64,000 nucleotides of DNA from Meyerozyma guilliermondii (lineage: Eukaryota). Each line of letters starts with the position of its first letter. Within the stretch, counting starts at the first letter, position 1. Location: the NCBI GenBank assembly GCA_051546255.1, contig CP128821.1, positions 682,001 to 746,000 on the forward strand, given 5' to 3'. The notes beneath the pieces were generated by a model, which saw only the letters and a list, made by a program, of their open reading frames with translations, did no database searches and had not been told where the DNA came from. Of the stretch, positions 57,677 to 64,000 are shown in pieces. The position numbers and the translations under genes were made by a program.

Positions 57677-60600
57677 TCATGCCTCTGTAGTAACACCGTT
57701 TTGCAACGGCGATTCCATCTCTTCCCTTCCATTTATTGAGTTTGCTTCTTGAACGGAGGCATTCTTAGCGACTAGCTCAACAATGCGCCTGATAACAGGC
57801 AAGCTCAACCATGCGGGAACATATGCTTCCACTCTAGAGAATGGCCGCAAGTTCACTGATCTAAATGGATCATTGAAATGACCGTCGGTAGAAACAACTT
57901 CGAACAATTCGTCGCTGTTGGTTCCGTCCGTTGTCTTAACCCTATCTGCCACAGCCTGCAACACGTTGGGGGCTATAGGAGTCTCATAGTCTGCCACGAA
58001 GTATTGTGATATGAGCTTTTGGATTTGAATTGGCTTTAAGGCATAGCAAATTTCGTAGATGATTTCAATGTCATCAGGGGTATTCTTTCGGAGTTGTAAT
58101 AACTTAGCGGCTTGAAGCAAGTGACTCAAATAGCCAGAACCTTCGTGTATCTCATGACCTTTGCACCATTCCTCTAATCTGGTGACATTGTAATTCAACT
58201 GCAATCCACGTTTCCAGGATAAGAAGTTACGTCTCATGATCAAGTCGTTGAAACACAACGCATCCACGAAACGCAATAATTCGATTATCACTTCAGTCAT
58301 TACTTCTTGCTCAATAAAGTATGATTTCATGGACCAATAGACAGCATTAAAGAAGCTCAAAATATCATCCATCTTGTATTGTATGCCAGGAGAAAACACC
58401 TTTGACAAAAAGGGCGAGTTTTCCGGAGCCATGAATCCTGGCAATGATTGTGAAAGGACAACAGCAGACACCGCTTTCTTTTCCAAATCTTTTTCCATCT
58501 TTTTCATCCACATATTATAGATATTGTAAGAGAGAGATTCAAAGTCTTCCTTGACCACCGCAACTAACTTCAAGTACTCATCGAACTCCGCCTCACTCAT
58601 TTCATGAGATAAAGTGTCGTTCGAAATAATCGTTTGTTGCGCATAAGACACAAATGAGTACAACTCATGAGTGTTGGACAACCAGAACGCACCATTCAGA
58701 ATCACATCATCATCCTTTAAGACAGACACGAGCTGTTGAATGGCAGCTAGGACTTCGCCCAAAAACTCCTCACTCTCCTTGGTGAGTCCCAATCGCCACA
58801 TATCCGAGATGATGATTATGATTATACGAGCTGGGAATAATACTTCCTTTCGGGTCAAATCGGCTGCAACGCCAGCAGGTGGGATCTTCAAACCCTTGAG
58901 CAAACCATCGACAATCTCCCTATGTAATTGTCTTGAATCACGTAACAATCTGAACAACTCATCATTGATATCGTCAACATTAGCGACGTCATCTGGCGAC
59001 ACAGCTATGACAGAGACTGGGCGGTTGTTTTGATCAAGCGAGGCTGGAGAGTTCCATGCCAATGCGCTACTATGACGCTTACTGCTTGCACTTCTGGTTT
59101 TGGCATTCACAATGCCACCTCTCTGTTGTTGAGATTGAAGTGTAGCTAATTCCGTCTTTAATTGCTCGATGTGAGATTTTAAGTCAATCTCAATAGTATC
59201 ACGCTTCACCAAAGCATCCTTCGTCTCGTTCAATTCTGCAATCTTACGCAGGACCTCTTGTCGCAACTCTGCTTGTTCCTTCGACAATTTCTCTATCTTT
59301 TCCTCCGCCGCTGAATATTCAGCCTTAATCGATTCGAGTTCTTTATTCAAGGATTGAATCTCTTCTTGATGATTGGCGTTTTGAGAATCAAACTTTTCAT
59401 TGAATTCAATTTCCCTTGATTTTAAGGTCTCATGAGCAGTACTAGACTGTTGCAACAAATTCTTCAAGTTGGTGATATCCTCTATCATACGCTTATTTTC
59501 TTGGATCTTCGAAGTCAAGGATTGTGTGAGTTCAATGACCTTATTCTCTAACCTGTACGATACTTCCTGCAAATGATTGACAGATTTAGCATCGACTTTA
59601 CGCTGTTTCAATTCAGCAATTGCAAGGCGTCTTCTTATGCATGACTGAATCAATACGACATCCTTTCTTGACTTCTTGTAAGCCTTTCTTGCCGCATACC
59701 CACGAACTGCGCTCTGAATAGTCACTGCAGAATTTTCCGTCCTTTGTTTAAGAAGAGCGTGTCTGACTTGTTTACCCCTGATAGATTTTTGTAATACAAT
59801 CACTGACTTCAAAGTCCGTTGCAATTGCTGTCTGGCGACGAAGCCTCGAATAGCAGTTTGAATCTTAATGGCAGCATTGGTTTCCATTTCTCTCTTCACT
59901 TGAGCACGTACGACTCTACCACGAGCCAAAACTTGAAGAGCAATGTGCGATGCTCGAATATCCAAGTATCTCTTACGATAGACATACCGTCTCATATTCT
60001 TTTGAAGCATCACGGCCGACCTGTACAACTTCTCTGATCTCAAATTTTCGAAATGAGCCAACATACCAGCCTTGAAAAAGATCTTGGTATTACCAAGTTG
60101 GTACTTTGACTTGTCGTCAATGTTGCGCTGCAAAATGGTATCACACAAACTAGTAACGGACTCCTGGGTTGTCTCTTCACTCATAACCTTCATCCAAACT
60201 TCCGATGGAGCCAAAATGCGATACCTATCGGCGAACTCAACATATGTCCATCGGGAAGGGAATCCAGCACACGATATCCTAATTGTCTCAAGCACACCGC
60301 AAGCTCGCAACTGTGACAAAACCATAAGAGAATCAAATTCCCAGGCCTTCTTTAGTTCATTGGGCTTGATACACCTGATATAATGCACATTCGTTGAATC
60401 AATAGTTTTCATCAATTCAATCAATGAGTTTTTGAACATCGAACCCAAGGTGGGCTTTTTACTTGCCAAAGATCTTGTTTTCGATGCTGAGGCATCTACC
60501 GCTGAAGCCGTTTTGTCAATGATCGCCAAAATCGATTGCAATAATGGATTCGAGGAATTCTTCATGACATCGAGATGACCTTCGCCAACAGTATCTCTGT

Positions 60601-62362
60601 TCTTTTCTATGAATCCGTCGATATCGTACTCAACGTCAAGCGCATAATGACTGACGACAAACTTTGTTTGACCAAATCTCGGTTTCTTGAAAACCTTATT
60701 AGTGGGTGCCTTGTCAAGAGTTTGGTACATTTTTTCGATCCAAGACTTGTCATTACCGGAGGGTAACCTAGATTCTTCATCAAGTAAGGCTAAAATTCCC
60801 AACTTGTTCTCAATCAAGTTGATGCAGGGTTGATTGTCAGCGAAGTCAATGAATGACCATTCAATCTCTTCTTTCACATACTCCTCTTGCTCCAATTTAA
60901 ACACATGCTGATTGAACTCCTGTTGAAGCTTCTCATTAGCGTAATTAATACAGAACTGCTCGAAGGAGTTTTTGTCGAAATGCTCAAACCCATAAATGTC
61001 AAGAACACCGATGAACAGCTTGATTTTCGCCTCCACTTCGGGAGGGCATAAGTCAGTGTTGACATAGTCTACCAACCAATCGAACAATGCTGAGTAGATG
61101 TACTTCGAAAAGGAATCTCTAGCCACAAGCGCCTGACTATGGTTCAAGTTACTGACAATCTTCTCGGACCTTGTAGTGATTTGTTTCTTCACACACCACT
61201 TGGAAAAGGCAACTGGGTCGATGCCTAAAAGATCACAGGCCTTCACCAAATTTGGCTCATCCGAGGATAAATGAGCATCATTTCTAGTTGCAGCGAACTC
61301 AATGTTTCCGATGTGTAATAAAGCAGCGAGAATTTTATAGATCTCAAACTGCTGGTCATTGCCAATGCCAATCAAAGCCAATGCATCCTTAGTGATTCTA
61401 AACTCCTCAGCATCGTCGACGCCATCTATAACGGGGGTTCCTCCTTGATTCGTGTATCTATAGTCATGAGCCTCTAATAAACTCAACTTTGCCTTGTCGT
61501 CCTTCTCCATACCAGCTAAAAGCTGGTAAAAGATATGGTAGTTTCGTTCAGATTTAGGCTGGAAGACCAATCTTGATCTCTCAAGAAGATAGGTTCTGAT
61601 ACGTGCACCGATAATGGAAGTACTCTCATCAAACAAAATTTCCAAGTACTTACCGAAACGTGAGGAGTTGTCATTTCTGGTTGTCTTCGCATTTCCAAAA
61701 GCCTCCATGATTGGATTGGTGGCAAGAATCTGTTTTTCGACCTCAGACATATCTGACTTGTGCTCCGTTCCTATGTTATTTTCCAATTCAGATTCTTCTT
61801 CGACTGACGCAAAGTAACGCATAATGTACTTGGCACTAACAGTCTTACCGGCACCTGACTCTCCACTGACAACAATAGTTTGATTCTCGTTATCTGACTT
61901 CATACATCGATAGGCATCCTCAGCAATGGCGAATAAATGAGGATCTAACTCGCCCCTACGCTTCCCTGCGTATGCTTGAACGATATCCTGGGAATACAAC
62001 TGATCCACTCTTTGAAACGGATTGGTTGCAATCAAGACAATACCCGAGTATGTATAAATATTGAGCTGGGAGTATCTGAGTTTGATGGCATGAAGCACAG
62101 CAGGCTCATTCAAATAGGAAAGACTCGTCAAATCCTCGGCAGCCTCCAAAATGGGAGGATTTCGCAAAGGAGGAAGTTTGTCGTTCTCTTCGCTCAAGTT
62201 ATCCGACTGAACCTCAAAGGTTTGAGATTCGTCATTTTCGGAGACAAGCTCGAGCACATATTTGTCTCCGCTTTTCTTGTTTGACTTCACAACCGTACCG
62301 ATCCATCCAAGTTTCTCGTCAGGGTACCAGCACCTAGTGCCAACATCGTATGCGGAAACCAT
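57677..62362 (-). CDS. MYO2: Class V myosin
   Basis: GESGAGKT, LDIYGFE, six IQ motifs, coiled coil and DIL cargo domain; first ATG at 62362. Confidence 0.97.
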   Translation of the reverse strand: MVSAYDVGTRCWYPDEKLGWIGTVVKSNKKSGDKYVLELVSENDESQTFEVQSDNLSEENDKLPPLRNPPILEAAEDLTSLSYLNEPAVLHAIKLRYSQLNIYTYSGIVLIATNPFQRVDQLYSQDIVQAYAGKRRGELDPHLFAIAEDAYRCMKSDNENQTIVVSGESGAGKTVSAKYIMRYFASVEEESELENNIGTEHKSDMSEVEKQILATNPIMEAFGNAKTTRNDNSSRFGKYLEILFDESTSIIGARIRTYLLERSRLVFQPKSERNYHIFYQLLAGMEKDDKAKLSLLEAHDYRYTNQGGTPVIDGVDDAEEFRITKDALALIGIGNDQQFEIYKILAALLHIGNIEFAATRNDAHLSSDEPNLVKACDLLGIDPVAFSKWCVKKQITTRSEKIVSNLNHSQALVARDSFSKYIYSALFDWLVDYVNTDLCPPEVEAKIKLFIGVLDIYGFEHFDKNSFEQFCINYANEKLQQEFNQHVFKLEQEEYVKEEIEWSFIDFADNQPCINLIENKLGILALLDEESRLPSGNDKSWIEKMYQTLDKAPTNKVFKKPRFGQTKFVVSHYALDVEYDIDGFIEKNRDTVGEGHLDVMKNSSNPLLQSILAIIDKTASAVDASASKTRSLASKKPTLGSMFKNSLIELMKTIDSTNVHYIRCIKPNELKKAWEFDSLMVLSQLRACGVLETIRISCAGFPSRWTYVEFADRYRILAPSEVWMKVMSEETTQESVTSLCDTILQRNIDDKSKYQLGNTKIFFKAGMLAHFENLRSEKLYRSAVMLQKNMRRYVYRKRYLDIRASHIALQVLARGRVVRAQVKREMETNAAIKIQTAIRGFVARQQLQRTLKSVIVLQKSIRGKQVRHALLKQRTENSAVTIQSAVRGYAARKAYKKSRKDVVLIQSCIRRRLAIAELKQRKVDAKSVNHLQEVSYRLENKVIELTQSLTSKIQENKRMIEDITNLKNLLQQSSTAHETLKSREIEFNEKFDSQNANHQEEIQSLNKELESIKAEYSAAEEKIEKLSKEQAELRQEVLRKIAELNETKDALVKRDTIEIDLKSHIEQLKTELATLQSQQQRGGIVNAKTRSASSKRHSSALAWNSPASLDQNNRPVSVIAVSPDDVANVDDINDELFRLLRDSRQLHREIVDGLLKGLKIPPAGVAADLTRKEVLFPARIIIIIISDMWRLGLTKESEEFLGEVLAAIQQLVSVLKDDDVILNGAFWLSNTHELYSFVSYAQQTIISNDTLSHEMSEAEFDEYLKLVAVVKEDFESLSYNIYNMWMKKMEKDLEKKAVSAVVLSQSLPGFMAPENSPFLSKVFSPGIQYKMDDILSFFNAVYWSMKSYFIEQEVMTEVIIELLRFVDALCFNDLIMRRNFLSWKRGLQLNYNVTRLEEWCKGHEIHEGSGYLSHLLQAAKLLQLRKNTPDDIEIIYEICYALKPIQIQKLISQYFVADYETPIAPNVLQAVADRVKTTDGTNSDELFEVVSTDGHFNDPFRSVNLRPFSRVEAYVPAWLSLPVIRRIVELVAKNASVQEANSINGREEMESPLQNGVTTEA

Positions 62363-62371
62363 CGTGAGCAC

Positions 62372-62790
62372 ACGCGTACTTAGCTTAAAAGATTCAAGTA
62401 CACTCGATTACTTAGAAAAGATAATCGGTCGTAATTGTGGTGATCTAAAAAGTGTACTACGAAGCGAGCTTTTTCACTGACTTTGAGTTGAAGGTCTTCG
62501 TCACTAATATTATCGAGACTTCTATCGTACACCAATAGTTACGAAGCTGTTTGGTTGGATATTAATGATTTTCAGCCACCGCCTCAACTTCGCACGATGT
62601 TTGTTTGAGCGAAGTTTGATCTCGTTGAGAACACGAACGCGTTTGGGAGTGAGTAGCACAATAACAGCAATATGCAGGCCGTCAATTCCGAGAATGGAGG
62701 GGAAATTTCAATGGGAATGAGTTAACACCGGAAACTACAAAAAGGTAGTTGGGCGAATCCGGGGTTTTGGAATAAGGTTAATCAACGCGT
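62372..62790. promoter_or_regulatory. Three MCB (ACGCGT) elements upstream of MYO2
   Basis: ACGCGT at 62372, 62637 and 62785. Confidence 0.45.
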
Positions 62791-63003
62791 TTAGGCAATA
62801 AAGGAATAACCTACAAAATTTTTCACATGTCAAAGCCGGGTGACGCCCTACAGGTCTTGTCGCGCAAGTGCAGGACGAGACGGCCAGTTCCTGTACAGAA
62901 TCAACCATAGGTTTCAGATGATGGAGTAAGTTGTTCATCTTCATGTACGATGGTCAATGATGAGAGGTTGTAATTAGTAGCTTGTAAACTTCTATTCACT
63001 CTA

Positions 63004-64000
63004 CTAAAGCTTGGAGTCTTTGAATTCTGGCGATTCCAATGGTTCGTAGACTTTTCCAAAAAGCTTGTCCTCTGGAATATATCTGTTCAAGCTTCTAACG
63101 TCAACAAAGTTTTCGTTCAACTGGTCCATCGTGGTAGCACCTAAGAGACGCATGTTCATGATCATTTCATCCTTCAAAATTTGAAAGGCTCTAACCACAC
63201 CATCGACACCATAGGTGGACATGGCGTACAAGAATGGGCGACCAATACCCACGCCTTTGGCACCAAGGGCAATTGCCTTTAGCACATCAGAAGCTCTTCT
63301 TACACCACCATCTATGTATACCTCCATTTTCGTATCAAGTTTGCGTTCCCGCAAAATTGGCATCAATTCAGCTAAAACCTGAATTGGAGGTGGAGAAAAC
63401 TCCAATTGTCTACCACCGTGGTTAGACAAAACAATTCCGTCGACCTCGTGCTCGACCGCTTTCAAAGAGTCTTCCACTGTCTGAACTCCTTTCAAAATAA
63501 TTGGCATTTTTGTAATGCTACGGAACCAAGCGATATCTTTCCAGTTAAGACCAGTGTCAATGAAAGAGGAAATGGCTCTGGCTGCACCTTGTGATCTGTC
63601 AGCATCATCTCCCTCTCCCTGAACGTGACTCAAGTCAGCGATGTCTTTGGATCTCATGTCTTTCTCACGACGGCCCAACTGGGGCGCATCTACTGTGATG
63701 AAGAGCCCTTTGATACCACGGTGCTCAGCATGCTGAACGATTTTTTGGCAAATTTCACGGTCAGCATTGACGTACAATTGAAGGAACTGTGTTTGCTCGT
63801 CGGTCGCTGCATCCACAATTTCGTCAAAAGAGCACGACGCAAGTGTTGGGATCATTTGTATAACACCTTCTTTAGCAGCAGCTTTGGTCAAGACAACCTC
63901 ACCTTCCGGGTGACCCAACTTTCCCAATGCGGTTGCAGTAATGTAGAAGGGCACTGAGGTCTTACATCCGAGCATAGTTGTTGAAAGATCAATGTTGGTA
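63004..64000 (-). CDS. CYB2: Flavocytochrome b2-like L-2-hydroxyacid dehydrogenase, 5' end outside the window
   Basis: VPFYITATALGKLG, TVDAPQLGRREKD, LSNHGGRQL and DGGVRR; frame open to the window edge; ends SKL. Confidence 0.85.
   Translation of the reverse strand, partial: TNIDLSTTMLGCKTSVPFYITATALGKLGHPEGEVVLTKAAAKEGVIQMIPTLASCSFDEIVDAATDEQTQFLQLYVNADREICQKIVQHAEHRGIKGLFITVDAPQLGRREKDMRSKDIADLSHVQGEGDDADRSQGAARAISSFIDTGLNWKDIAWFRSITKMPIILKGVQTVEDSLKAVEHEVDGIVLSNHGGRQLEFSPPPIQVLAELMPILRERKLDTKMEVYIDGGVRRASDVLKAIALGAKGVGIGRPFLYAMSTYGVDGVVRAFQILKDEMIMNMRLLGATTMDQLNENFVDVRSLNRYIPEDKLFGKVYEPLESPEFKDSKL

Overview
Gene-dense budding-yeast chromosomal segment from the CUG-Ser clade. CTG sits at conserved Ser positions in Acs1, Ypt6, Hsp60 and Myo2, so the supplied translations misread CTG as Leu. 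Compactness and gene content are compatible with Meyerozyma/Debaryomycetaceae, but the species is not provable from this window. About 38 protein-coding genes, nearly all housekeeping, in order: LSB6, PAN5-like, BUD16, MGA2/SPT23, HEM4, ACS1, OPA3-like, HTZ1, NPR2, HSP60, RRN11, HRD1, KIP1, PDCD5/SDD2, YPT6 (intron), Usv1/Bcr1-type C2H2 TF, DHA1 MFS, FAR7-like, PPZ1, GNAT, NDUFAF7, PPM1, TRM9, GPI17-like, TAF11, CTT1, FMP10, SET5, FAU1, IRC21, UBP16, PHO91, spliced zinc-ribbon gene, POM33-like, SND2-like, BOL1, MYO2, partial CYB2-like. Gene names come from remembered family motifs, not database searches. No tRNA, rRNA, intact transposon or CRISPR recognised. Best leads: (1) a small zinc-ribbon gene with two duplicated, same-phase alternative first coding exons sharing one acceptor; (2) a 2.9-kb ORF-free interval with a degenerate direct repeat in an apparently AT-richer zone, a candidate regional centromere; (3) a UUG-initiated presequence-like extension on BUD16; (4) a C-terminally truncated, diverged GPI17 at its syntenic position; (5) a 614-nt AUG-free, potentially structured leader before the C2H2 TF; (6) a CYB2-like protein ending in SKL.
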